DNA of 64,000 nucleotides from Octopus vulgaris (Eukaryota). Position 1 is the stretch's first letter; the number at the start of each line of letters is the position of its first letter. The position numbers were made by a program, and so were the translations under genes. Below are positions 12,430-26,580 of the stretch, in pieces. Below the pieces are notes generated by a model. The model worked only from the letters and a program-made list of their open reading frames with translations, was not told where the DNA came from and did not search any database. Location of the stretch: NCBI GenBank assembly GCA_951406725.2, contig OX597824.1, positions 95,604,001 through 95,668,000 on the forward strand, in the 5' to 3' direction.

Positions 12430-15400
12430 GTAAGTTAAGCCATATTTATATTAACCCCAGGTGTTTTTTTTTTATTATTAATTATTCTTTAGCTCCAGGG
12501 CTGTCTTGAGTGTGAAGACTTCTGACCAAATGTGGCCCATATTTCCGAGGGTGTCTAAAATCTGAACAGATCCAAAATCATTATCTAATGCATCTTCCCT
12601 TTTTTGTTGACGACAGGATATTGTGTGTGGTAGATTTGGCTGTTATTTCCAGCAGGTTAAGTAACGACAGACAAGTTATATCGTTCTCTCGTTAGCACTA
12701 GATAATATCAATAGAGAGGTGGAGGGTGTCATTGATGCGATTACAAATGGTGACGAAAGCACTTTGAAGAGGTATTACTTAAGAAGAGTGAACGTAACGC
12801 GTGCACCCGCGCTAGTTAGACGGATGCACGCACTCGCTGCAAGTCAGGGACACCCGCGATAAAAAAAAAAGAATCCTCCACGTATAAATATGTGTAAACT
12901 GTATATCGGTGGGGAGGGGCTGTCTGTCTGTCTATCTGACTGACGTGATGTCGCATCGACTCCGCAGGTAACCCCTTTTTTCGACCTTCTGTTGCACACA
13001 TTTTGTTCCAATTTTTACACTCAAATGAACAGGGGCGTGAATTACTCGAGCCTGAAAGGATGTGTGAGGCTTTTCAACAATACTTTACCCAACTGTTTGG
13101 GATTAAGTGGTGGGTCAGAACGCAGAGTGGACTTCAGTGCCTACCTGCATGCCCTTCCACAACTCTCAGCAAGAGAGGCGGAGTGTTTTGAAAAATCCAT
13201 CACAGCCGCGGACGTACGGGATGCGATGGCAGGCTGCACGAGAGACAAGTCACCAGGCTTGGATGGTCTGCCCTACGAACTTTATTGTCATATGCCAGAC
13301 TTGTTTGGAGGCGTCTTGGCAGCTGTCTACTGCAACTGGCAGCAAAACGGGAGTATCTCCACCTTTGTAAAGCAAGGAGCAGTGGCACTGCTAAAGAAGG
13401 ATCCAAACAAGGGGGACGTCATAGATAATTTCAGGCCCATCACTCTGCTCAACGCAGATTTGAATATTTTGGCCAAGGTGTTAGCCAAGAGGTTTGCGCT
13501 TGTCATCAAGAAACTAGTCAACAAGGCGCAAACGTGCACCGTGCCGGGTAGGAGTATCCATGACAACCTCTATCTGATGTGCTACATCATAGACAGGGTA
13601 GTTAAGGATCCTGGCATGGCTGGGGCCTTATACAGTGGCATCCGCTCTGTAGTTTGCGTAAATGGTCATCTATCCAGACCTTTTAACATCATGCGTTCGG
13701 TTCGTCAAGGATGCCCCCTCTCATCGCTTCTGTATGTATTGACTCTTGAGCCACTACTGCGGAAACTGGCGACGCTGAGGGGCATCCCACGTGAGCTGGG
13801 ATGCGGGAGGAATGTATCTGCATATGCGGATGACGTCACTGTTATAGTGTCGAGCCACAAGCACAATGACTCGAAGCGGTAACGGGAGCAAAAATTAACC
13901 AGGAAAAGTCAGTGGGCTTGCGGCTTGGCACCTGGAGAAGCAAGCCCATGCCGTCCAACAGCGTCTCCATCATGGGACCGGTTAAATTGCTCAGAGTCTG
14001 GTTCAGTATGGACCTCCAAATGGAGAACTGGGGCGAAATAATGACTAGGGTGGCCACTCTCGCCCAGCAATGGGCTGAGAGAAACCTATCCCTAAAAGGT
14101 CGGGCAGAGGTGGCGAACGCGTACATCGCATCCCTCATTGAGTATTGTCTGACCGTCGTGCCTTGTCCCGACCCTACCATCACCAAACTGGAACGCATAT
14201 TCTTCCGCTTCCTGTGGAAGGGAAGCATTCCGATAGTTAGGCAATCCATTGCTGTCAACACCCGGTAAATGGAGGGCTAGGCATGCCATGGTTGATGATG
14301 TGCTGACATGCCCTGAGACTGCGACATCTCCGGCACTTCATAGATGATGGTGAATAGGTGTGGTCACCTTTTGTGTGATGCGCTTTCCCGCAGCTCGTCT
14401 CCTTGGCCGAACTACAATCGTGGATCAAACAGAGACAGGGACTAGGCTAATGGCACTGCGAGTGTCACGTTGCTCTCTAGCAAGTCTGCCGTCCAGGACC
14501 AAATTTGTGCAACTTCATTACAACAAAGGCGTTCTATAGAGGATTAGTGGAGGGGAGGTGTGACGACGTTCTTGGGCAGAATCTGGGCGTCAACGAGAGA
14601 CACCTGACTCGCCTGTTCAGGACAACTTTTGGGCTGGGACCTATGGACAATCACCAAAGATCCCTGGCCTGGCAGTGCTATCGAGAAGCATTACCTGTTC
14701 GAGATAAGCTCTACAGGCATGGTTTGAGACACACTGGACCGATTTGCCCGAGATGCAGTCAGAGCGCCGAAACCGTTCTGCCTGCACTCGTACAGTGTCC
14801 AACCATTTCGGACCTGTGGGCTTATGCCAAACGGCTGCTGTCACGTGTGGGACGAGTCCGCCTGTCGGCCGTGTCTATCGTCAAGATTGCACCGCCCCCT
14901 TCCCTCAACCGGGAAGGCATGGCAGTTTTCATCGTACTGGTGGCCATGGTGAAAGAATGTGTGTGGTGGACTCGAGCGAAAGGATTAGAGACAAACACTT
15001 ACCTCTCTGGTCAATCGCTCATCAACTTTTTCAAGTACCACTTGAAAAGGAAGGTGAGAATGGAAAGGCAGGTTTTGTCTCGTGAAAGTTTCAAAAAAAG
15101 GTGGGTGATTGTAGCAAAGATAGTACGTGCGAGTGACGAAATCACTTTGAGCATGATCCTGTAAATCGTAAGAGAGAGAGAGAGCACTTTGCTCCCATGT
15201 GTTTATTTCCTCCCTGCTTGAGGTTACTGTGGTCTTTTCTGTAGGCTTTTCTTTCCACGGATGAACCTAATAATCTTGTTTGTTACTTTAAGAAAAAAGA
15301 AATATTTTCTTTCTGTGATACACAATCCCTTTTGATCGCTTTTTTTTTTTCCGATTCCTTTTGATTGAAACTTTACAGTTGTTTCCCTTTTTCTTCTTTT

Positions 15401-15585
15401 TCCTTTTCCATCTTCGAAAAGAAAAGCTCTACATTTGTATTTGTCCCCTCTGTGTTCAGCCCTGTGTGGCCAATAAAGAAAGTTATCTATCATCTATCTA
15501 TCTGTCTGTCCATCCATCCATCCATTCATCTGTCTGTTTATCTATCTATCTATCTGTCTATCCATCCATCCATCCATCCATCTAT

Positions 15586-15631
<46 letters not shown>

Positions 15632-15763
15632 GTCTATCTGTCTATCTATATATCTATCTGTCTATCTATCTATCTATCTATATATCTATCTGTCTATCTA
15701 TCTATCTATATATCTATCTGTCTATCTATATATCTATCTGTCTATCTATCTATCTGTCTATCC

Positions 15764-15808
<45 letters not shown>

Positions 15809-18800
15809 ACTGTCTGTCTATCTACCCATCTATCTATCTGTCTATCTACCCATCTATCTATCCATCCATCGATCTATCTATCATCTGTCTGTCTGTCTAT
15901 CTATCTGTCTGTCTGTCTATTGAACATCCAACTGTCAAACCATCCTACCATGCCAGCATGGAACATGGACATCAAATAATAATGAGGAGAAGGATGATGA
16001 CATGTAGATGATGGTAAACTAAAGAATTGAATGTCTTTTTGTGAAATTCTTTGAACTATAACATATTTTGTTATTTGTATTTTGTCCTTATTTTCTGTAG
16101 GAGGATTGCATCCGGCAGATACTTGATGAAATGAAAACACTTTATGAACTCAACCAGAAAGATGTGTAAGTTATTCATTTTTGGTAATAGAAGGTTTTTG
16201 CTTTATTTTCAAAGTCATCTTCAAAATAAATTTCAGCATTGAACAGTATTGTTGAGCAAGTCACACAACTCAACTTAGTGACCTAATAATATTAATAGTT
16301 GTCCTGAGTATGACTTTAACCCTTTTAGCATTTAAACTGGTCATATCTGGCCCAAATAGTCTTCTACTTTGTTTTATGTTCAAACTGGCTAGATCAAGCC
16401 TCTTGCACCTACCCTACAATGTCATTCTAAAAATGAACAATCACGTCATAGAAATTTTGAATCTGTGAGATAATGTGTAATTAACTGAAAACAATTGGCA
16501 ATAATGAGCCTTGTATTTGGCTGCGTAATCTGAATGCTAAAGGGTTAAACTGCATCTGGTGGTGGGTCCCTGGTTTGGTAGGATCAAGGTTTTGAGGGGT
16601 GTGGAACCATCTCCTAGCACCTGTTAGGGCCCTGGCTATGGGTTAATTAGCAAGTTATGGAAGAAACCCCAAGCGCAAACCTTCATCACCTTGAGCCTTG
16701 GGAAAAGAGAACTGTCAGGAGAGTCAATCTTGGCAGCAAATCAAGGAATGGAGTCCCTCAAGTGGTCCAGTGCCCTTTTTGATACCCTTCCTTGGGGTAT
16801 ATATATATATATAAATTTATATAAATAAGGATAAGATTGTTATTTAAATATCGAACTTATTAAGTGTCTAGCAAGGGAATAAAAACCTTCAAAGGTAATA
16901 ATTATTATTAAAATTATAATTTAGGGTATCTAAGAGATACCACCACGCTGGAAATAGCAGCCAAAACTTGACTCTAAAACCACATTAAATGTGGTTTTGA
17001 TGTATATATCTATATATATATAAAACTAAGAATGTGTGTCTGTTTCCCTAAAACTTGAGAACTACACAACCAATTTCATTCAAATTTTACATATGCCTTA
17101 CTTAAGGTCCGGGGAGTGTCATCGGCAAAATAAATGTTAACTTTTTCCCTAGGGTGACCCCAGAGCAATATCATATCTTCTCCACTATTTCAGTATTACG
17201 TGTTAAAAGTGAAACAAAAACATCTCTCTATTGTAATGCAGACACTTTCATTTTAATACTGAAACTATTAAAATGAAAGTATTATATAACAGGGATGAAC
17301 CATTAATAGTGGTCATCCTTTTTGCTAGAAGAACATCCGCCGTGGTCTTATATGCTATACCACTGGTTTTCAATTCATATTAATCAAATTAATATTCAGT
17401 TTTTCACCTTTATGTGTGTGTGTATTAGCAATTCGTATAAAATTGCATCAATGACTTGAACTTGAATAAGTGGTTTCACATAAATGGGAATACATTAAAA
17501 AGGTTTGTTGTTATTATTATTACTGTTTGACTATTGTAATCACGTTTGTTGGTTCCTCGTCAGGGAAACGTTATGTTGCATTTGTTAAATAATTGTAAAC
17601 CGTAACCCTCCCCCTTTCGGAGAAGGGGCTTTGGTTATTGTTTAAAAATTGAATTGTGTCCCTGTTTGGGAAAATTGACAATATTTTCACCGTCTTTACG
17701 GAAGTATTTTTGTTAAAATGCCTTCGATAGAAGAAAGTCCAAAAATGAATTTCGCTGCAGCCGTACACTTCTATACAAGAGGGAGGACATGATCCAATTG
17801 ATCGAAATTGCAAGAGACGGGCCTACAATTCCAGTCTGTTATATATTTTGAGTATTGTTATCACTAGCGATATCAAGATATAACTTTGTATTTTGTATTT
17901 TATGTGTAGATGTCTATATATAGATGTACATGTAATATGTACACATATATACATGCATAATATATCTACCCAAACACACATATGCGCACGCACACACACA
18001 TACATAGGAGCAGGTGTGGCTGTGTGGTAACAAACTACGTTCCAAATACATGGTCCTGTGTTCAGTCCCACTGTGTGGTGACTTGGCATGTGTCTTCTGC
18101 TGTAGCCTCAGACCAACAAAAGCCTTCTCAGTGGATTTTGTACATATATACAGGCATACATACATATATATATATACATGCATACGTACATATTCGGCAT
18201 AAACACTCTACCACTACAACTAATAACTGTTGGGAACACTTTCAAACCTGCCTTACATTCGAACCGGAATCTCAACGCCTGAGTTTTCCATCTGAAGTTA
18301 ATCTCTCTCATGGAGCTAATACAAAAAGGGCAAGTCTTTGGGCCCATACAATGTGACATGTACACAATCGAGTGGCAAAAAAGGGGCCTTTCACATGCTC
18401 ATATCCTGCTTTGGTTCTCAGTGAAGATCAATTCCAATGACATCGACAAGATAATCTCTGCAGAGCTTCCTGATCCAGCTTTAGACAAAGAACTATACGA
18501 AATAGTTTAAAGCAAACATGGTGGTGATGATGGTGGTGATGATGATGGTGGTGGTGGTGGTGGTGGTGTTGGTCATGGTGGTGATGATGATGATGGTGGT
18601 GGTGGTCGTGGTAGTGGTGATGATGGTGGTGGTCGTGGTGATGGTGGTGATGATGATGGTGGTGGTCGTGGTGTTGGTCATGGTGGTGGTGGTGGTGTTG
18701 GTCGTGGTGGTGGTGGTGGTGTTGGTCGTGGTGGTGGTGGTGGTGGTGTTTGTGGCAGAGTTGTCCTTTGTGAAGCTGTCGTCTGGGTTCTTCCAATTCC

Positions 18801-21800
18801 TCGTGTGTCAGCGTCCATGCTCACACCTGCACCTGTGTTGCTTCTCCCCCTTCTTTCCCTCCCTCGTGAAGCAGTGGGGAAGGCAGGGTAGGGAAATCAA
18901 CGTTGTAAGCGTTGTCAAGGAGACCAGTGACCTCCCCCCCCCCCCCACGACTTCATGGCTTTGAAGTTGCCGTGCTCAAAACAGAAAATGGCTAAGAAAG
19001 CTGAAAACGAATTTACAAAATGGGGAAATACACCACACGGGGCAGGTTTCCCGTACAAAGAATTTGCACAACCGAATGCTTTAGTTGTTGCACAACTTTT
19101 ACATAAAAAATATCCAAACACACAAACTTTTGAAGTTTAGCATTGTCTTTTTTTATTTTTAATGCTTGTGCAAAATTGGATTTTTTTTTGGTAGTAGTGT
19201 TGGTGTCACTTGTAGTGGTTGAGGTTGTAGTAGTGGTGTTGTTGGCAGTTATGGTAGACGGCAAAACGACGATATCGTTGCTGTTGTTGTTGTTGGTGGT
19301 GGTAACGGTGGAATTTCTCAATTCACTGGAGCCTCCTGGACTACCTCCCTACATATTAGCACTTAAAGTTGGAACTCCTGTAATGCTACTCCGCATTACC
19401 AAGAACCACCAAGACTTTGCAATGGAACATGACTGGTGATAAAGAAAATGATGTCACACGTTATCGAGGCGATCATTCTTTCTGGATGTGGAGAAGCTGA
19501 TGACGTCTTTATTCCAAGATTTCCTCTTACTCCATCAGGAGCAGAAATTCCATTTACATTCAGAAGACTGCAATTCCCCCTTCGTGTCAGCTTTGCCATG
19601 TCCATTAACAAATCTCAGGGTCAAACCCTCTCTGTAGCTGGTCTTCTCTTGGAAGAGCCCTGCTTCTCGCATGGGCAACTGTATGTTGGCTGCTCAAGAG
19701 TAGGAACCAAAAGAAACCTTCTTGTATATGCTCCACAACGAAAAACAAGGAACATTGTTTACAACGATGTGTTATAATCTCAACAGCCAGGAGCTATATA
19801 CATGATCCCCTTTTTTTTAACAAGCTTCATGTACTTTCATGTATTTATATTAATATACATATACTAGCAGTATCGCTCGGGTTTGTAAGGGAGATAACTA
19901 TATAAGCATTTTTAGAAATGTAAAGTATAATAGCCATCTCAATATGGCTAACCACAAGGGGGGGGTGATACTGTAGCTTTTTACATTCTGAGATTTAATA
20001 ATACATTTTTAGAGAGTTACTTCCCTTATATATGCCAAAAATGCATTAAAATGGGAAAAATTGATGGTAATTTTTTTTTAAATCGTAGACTCATCGTAGA
20101 CATGCGCTAATACCCAGAGCGGGCTCGATATGAATCACGACTATAAGATACCCGGTTTTGGTTAAACTGCACCGCAAAATGTGGGAGTAAGGAATCTAAA
20201 TCGTAGGAGACAGACAGCACACAACCTCACTTTTATATATAAAGATTTCTGTATTTAGTTTACAAGTGTGATGGGTTTTGTTGGTGAATGAAAATGCTTT
20301 TCTAGGGTTGCGCCAAGAAGTAATTAACAACATTCACGAACAATTAACAGAATTTTTATTTACTGCATACAATGGGTTCTGTGTTAGTCTTTTAACAAAA
20401 ACTAACAATGGCAATTACACAAACATCTTCTCCAGCAAATGAATATTTTCTTTATGATCTGCTTTTTTTCGATTTTCTTCATATTAATTGGCAACTATTT
20501 TGTGTCTCATCCTAGGAACGACACCGTGGCCGGGGAAGCTGGTTTGTTCTCCAGTGTCCAGGTCCGGCATGCTGCTCTTGAAAGAAACAAACGATGTCTG
20601 CTAACTTACCTGTAAATATACCTTTTATTCTTTTTACAATTTACTTGTTTCAGTCATTGGACTGTGGCCATGATGGAGCATGGCTTTGTAGGTTTTGTTG
20701 AACAAATTGATCCCTTGGGTTTTTTTTTCTTTGGTTCTCCCCCAAGTCTGGTACTTGTTCTATCAGTCTCTTTTCCTGAAATCTTAAATTCTGGGAATAT
20801 AAACAAACCAACACTGGTTGTTAGTCACTGGTTGGGGAACAGACACAGTGATATGCTCACTATATGTGTGTGTGTGTTTGTGTATATGCACCCAAACATA
20901 CACACACACATATAACATATATATCATCATCATCATCATCATCATCATTTAGCATCCGCTTTCCATGCTGGCATGTGTTGGATGGTTTGACTGGAACTTG
21001 TAAACCAGAGAGCTGTACAAGGTTCCAATCTGATTTGGTATGGTTCCTATGGCTGGATGCCCTTCCTAACAACAACCACGCCAAGAGTATAATGGGTACC
21101 AGTCACGTGGCACCACTTGGCCTGACTGGTCTTCTCAAGCACAACTTAGGACCATACGTCTCGGTCACTTGTCATCACCTCACACACATGGAAGCCATTG
21201 TATAAGGGCTTCCACACAGTTTCTCTCAGCCAAATTCACTGACAAGGCATTGGTCAGCCCAGGGCTGTAGTAGAAAACACTTGGCCAAGGTACCTTGCAG
21301 TGGGATTGAACCTGAAACCATATGGTTGCAGAGCAAGCTTCTTAACCACACAGCCAGGCCTGAACTTGGCCCCACACCCTTTTCTTACATTGTAGGGTGT
21401 GAAGCATTCTATGATATGTCACAGATGGATGAAATGCAGCTGTTGCAGTAGATGCATGCACACACAATGGGCTTCTTTCAGTCTCCCTCCACTGGATCTG
21501 CTCATAGTGGAGGTGCATTGCTTAGTAGTTAGAACATTGCGCTCATGATCATGTGATTATGGTTTCAATTCCTGGGCTGGGTACTGAGTTGTGTTCTTGA
21601 GCAAACACTTCATTTCTCATTGCTCCAGTCCACTCAGCTGGCAAAAATCAGTAATCCTGCGATGGACCGATGTCCTGTCCAAGGAGGAGAGACATTTGCC
21701 ACAGAATCTAGGTAACTGGCCTTATGGCTTGGGAAATAACTTTGATCCTTCTAAAAATATAAAAAAATAGAAGAGAGAGATTCACTCATAAGGCTTTGGT

Positions 21801-24800
21801 TGGCCCAGTGCTATAAAAGAAGACACTTTGCCTAAGGTGCCCTGCAGTGGGACTGAACCTGAAACCACATGGTTGGAAAGCAAACTTGTTTCCACACAAC
21901 CATGCCAACACCTGTGTATATTGAGGAACAAACTTACCATATAAAGGTGGTGAGCTGGCAGACACGTTAGCAAGCCAGGTGAAATGCTTAGCAGTATTTT
22001 GTCTGCCGTTACATTCTGATTTCAAATTCCACCAAAGTCGACTTTACCTTCCATTCTTTATGCACTTGAGTCGATGTAATAGACTTAATCCCTTTGTCTG
22101 TCCTTGTTTATCCCCTCTATGTTTAGCCTCTTGTGGGCAATAAAGAAATAAGAAACTTACCATATTTTAACGTGTATAAGGAACCCCTTAATTTGGAGGG
22201 CTTAAAATTCGGAAAAAAGGTTTTGTAAGGGATTATAATACTATCCATGTATAAAAAAACCCCATATTTTTTTAACCTAATTTTTGACCAGAAAAGGGGT
22301 TCCTTATACAGGTTAAAATACAGTAGGTCAAATCTTTGTTTTGAATGCAACAGACTCTGTGTAAACAACTGATACCGTTTTCTGTATCTGCAGGTATAAA
22401 AGACTAAGGAATATACAACAAATGCGCTGGGAATTTGGTAGTGTTCTTCCTGCCGAGATCCGTTACAATATGTGTGAACGTGAGGTAAGTGGCTTCAAGC
22501 ACTTGTCTAATGTGACCCTTGAAATGTGCAGATACACCCATTATCTGTTTCCACTATCTTCAGTTGCATTGTTTATGTAACGTTGGAACTTTTAGGGCTG
22601 GTTTTCAATTCCATATAAAATCTATAAACTTAAAATCAACAGAAAATATATTCCAGTATTGTGATTGTTGTTAGGAAGGGCATCCAGCCGTAGAAACCTT
22701 GCCAAATCAGACTGGAACCTGGGGCACCTCTCCATTTTACTGGTTCCAGTCAAACAATCCAACCCATGCCAGCATGGAAAAACAGACCCAAGATGATGAT
22801 GATGATGATATATATGTTATATGTGTCAGTGTATGTTTGGGTGCATATACACAAACACACACAAATAAAGTGTACATATTATTGAGTCTGTTCCCCAACC
22901 AGCAACTAACAACCAGTGTTGGTTTGTTTATATTCTCGGAATTTAAGATTTCTGGAAAAGAGACTGATAGATCAAGTACCAGACTTGTGTGTGCGGGGCT
23001 GGATTTCTTTCAGTTGGTCACAGGTTTCTCATCCCTGACCTACATAAGTCTTGGGAATTACCCCTTGTCTACTGGTTATTAATTTTCTTTTCTAAATTAC
23101 CATATGTAAGTATTTTTCATAGGGTGTTGTTAGGGGGTAAACCATAGTGAATAATAAAATTTAGTTAGTGTTTAACATGGTGAAATCAACAGCAGAGATG
23201 CTTTGCTTCGTGTGGAAACTGCAGGAGTTAATCAGGGGTTTGGCAAGCTCTTTTACTGAATTCCTCACAATGTGGAAACCTTTCTGTATTATCAGCTGGT
23301 ATCTCAGGGTCACAAGTATTTTTGCCCCTTAGCCTGTACCCTTCGCCCTGAATGGGGCAGTGAGGACTGTATAGGTTTTCATCTGCAGAAGTGTCCCACC
23401 TATGTTCTCTTGTCAACCACAGCAACAGCAGTGGTTCCAGCTGTTGTACCTATTCTCTTTGGTGGCTTTCTTTCAGTTGTCTGGATTCCAGACCTTTCTT
23501 CCGCAGAAGACAGTGCATTTATTTACCTGGAAAGCCCCGGCAGCCGATTTCAAATGGGAATGAAGCCACATGCTACCCCTTGTGCCTTGTTGGCCTGTCT
23601 AACTGGAAAGCTGACTTCTATAGGGAATGGGGCCATGTACAATCCCTCGTTGACTAAGTCCTAGTAATTTTTCTTTTTCTTGTTTTAGCTGGTGAGAAAT
23701 GTTGAATTTGTCCTCCAAGGCATAATAACTTCAGCCAGAATGATTCTTTTTTATTCGCTGCTGGAGAATAGGACCGTATCCACTAGATTAATAGTAATTT
23801 AATTAATTAATGTTAATCCATTAAAAACCATGAATACTCAATCAAAACGCTATAAACAAATCGCCTGCTTATTTCATGGTAGTTCAGACTCGTTAAATCC
23901 ACATTATTCTCTGGAGATTATTTGTAAACAGGGGGAGATCACTTTCCATCGATCATTGTAAAATATTCAAAATACTGCATTTGATTCAACCAATCAGTAT
24001 GGATTAAAATTTTGTGGGGAATAAATGCATAAACTGTAATCAGTAATTTTGATTGGTTGATTAAAAATGTCGATCATTTATTTTTTAACAAATTTAATTA
24101 ACAAGTTAGCCTTGAAACTAAGGTTTTCAGGATTCCTAGTTTTAAATATCTGCTGCAAATACCGAAGTTAGTATTAATATGTACGGTTTTAATAAGTTCA
24201 TTGAAAATAAAAAAAATAAAAAAGAAATTAATCAATGGGTAATATATTTTCCTGTACGTAAGGGAGACAACTCTCGAAATGTTTCAGTCTTAATTTCACC
24301 TCTTTAGCAAAGCATTTTTTAATGCTGTACTTGCCAAAGTAGTGATGAACACCTCATGAAGTAAATATACAAATTTGAGTGTTTTTTAGTGTAGGAAATT
24401 AAAATTTAGAAATGAAATAATTCAAAAATATTAAATTGCTTCCTTCTTATCACTTTATTTCTATTTCTTTCCCAACTGTCATATTTCTATGTTGCTGCTG
24501 TCTTTGCTGCAATGTTCAGACTTCTGCCTTGGTCTGTTGTAGCTTCAGAGCATATCACCTTTATATGTAACACCTTAACTTCCTTTCTGAATTAACCATT
24601 TAATCTTTTTGGTTCATTCCCTTGTCGCTTCAAAATGTCCAACCCTTTAGCATTCAGATTACTCTGTCAAATGTAATTCTTATTTATTCACATTGGTTTT
24701 AGTTAATCATTATCTCATTGCTTCAAGATTTTGATGATATTTACTTTTAGAATAATTATCTAGAGTATCTGTGAGAGGCTGGATCTGGCCAGTTGAAGCA

Positions 24801-26580
24801 TAAAGCAGATCAAATATTTGGCCCAGAATTGGTTGGTTTAAATATAAAATTGGTAGAATATTTTGGCCAGATCTGGTCAGTTTGAACATAAAACAGAATA
24901 TTTGGGTCTGATATGGCTGGCTTTAAATACTAAAGGAATATATTATCATCATCATTAAGAAGGGCATCCAGCTGTAAAAACTTTGCCAGATCAGATTGGA
25001 GCCTGGTGCAGCCAGCCATCTGGCTCACCAATCCTCAGTCAAACCGTCCAACCCATGCCAGCATGGAAAGCGGACGTTAAACGATGGTGGTGTTGTTTAA
25101 CATGTCTTTCATGCTGGCATGGGTTGGACAGTTTGACAGGAGCTGGTTAGCCAGAGGGCTACACCAAACTCCACCGTCATGGTTTTTACAGTTGGATGCC
25201 CTTCCTAATGCCAACCACTTTATAGAATCTGCTGGGTGTCTTTTTACATGGCACCATCACTGGTAAAGTTGCCACATAACTTGCACATTTCCAATTTAAA
25301 CATTTTTGTATCAATCAGCCAAAGTCCATCTCAGGTTTTATGACTCAAGTCTCTTTTATACAGTTCATATAAATTTATATCTTAATTGTATGCTCTTTTA
25401 CATGTTTCAGTCATTTAACTGTGGCCATGTTGGAGCACTGCCTTTAGTTGAAGAAATTGACTGCAGGACCTATGATATATATATGTACATGATGGGCTTC
25501 TTTCAGTTTCTGTCTACCCAAATCCACTCCCAAGGCTTTGGTTGACCCGAGACTATAGTGGAAGACATTTGTCCAAGGTGCCACGTGGTGGGACTGAACC
25601 CAGAACCATGTGGTTGGGAAGTATGCTTCTTACCACATAACCATGTCTGTGCCTATGCACAAACATTTTAAGTTTTTTTCCAAATATTATCTATTTTCCC
25701 AAATCCTTCCAATTTCTTGATTATTTCCTTAAAAATATGGTTTTTGAAAGGATCAAAGCCCATCTTAATTACCTTCTTGATGTCTTTCTTTTCCCAGGTG
25801 CAATGGTTTAACCGATATAACAAGATGTTAGCAACCTACATGCGGAATATTGCTGGTGGCATTGGACTCGATCTTACTCAAGATATACAACCGCCTAAAA
25901 GTTTATATATAGAGGTATGTTACATTTCTGTTGTAGTAACTTTCAGGTTCAATCCCACTGCATGGCACCTTTTGGGCAAGTGTTTTCTACTATAGCCTCA
26001 ATCCAACCAATGTCTGGGGAGTGGATTCGCTTGATAGAAACTGTGTGGAAGACCATTGTGTGTATGTGTATATATTGTTTGTTCCTTCTGGAGCCATGCT
26101 TGGCTCATAAAGGCTGGTTTCCCGGTTTCTTGGCGTATAGGTTCCCCACCTGGACAGGACATCGGTCTGTCACAGATGAGCTGCAGGAGGAAAGAGTGAG
26201 AGAAAGTTGTGGCGAAAGAGTCAGCAGAAGTTGAACATTATCTTCTGCCGGAGCCACATGGAGCTTAGGTGTTTCGCTCATAAACACATACACCGCCCGG
26301 TCTGAGATTCGAACCCGTGATCCCTCAACCGCGAGTCCGCTGCTCTAACTGCTAGGCCATGTGCCTCCATGTATGTGTGTGTGTGTGTGTGTATATATAT
26401 GGGTAAATAATTATTAATTTTAAAAACCAACAATTATTTCCAGGTAGATTTCGGTATGCAAATATAACCATTATCGGTAGAAACTTTTTTTTAAAAAGTT
26501 CTACATATATATAAATAAAAGGGCAAGCAACAGGCTGCTAATTTTTTCGGTATGTAGCTAAGCAACCTGTTGCTTGCCCT

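Noticed and set aside
15361-16011. 216-aa and 204-aa ORFs (YLSI repeats)
   Set aside because: Translations of the (TCTA)n microsatellite.
18428-18964. Poly-His, poly-Thr and poly-Val ORFs suggesting a metal-binding or membrane protein
   Set aside because: Trinucleotide low-complexity DNA inside a Helitron relic; no splice or codon support.
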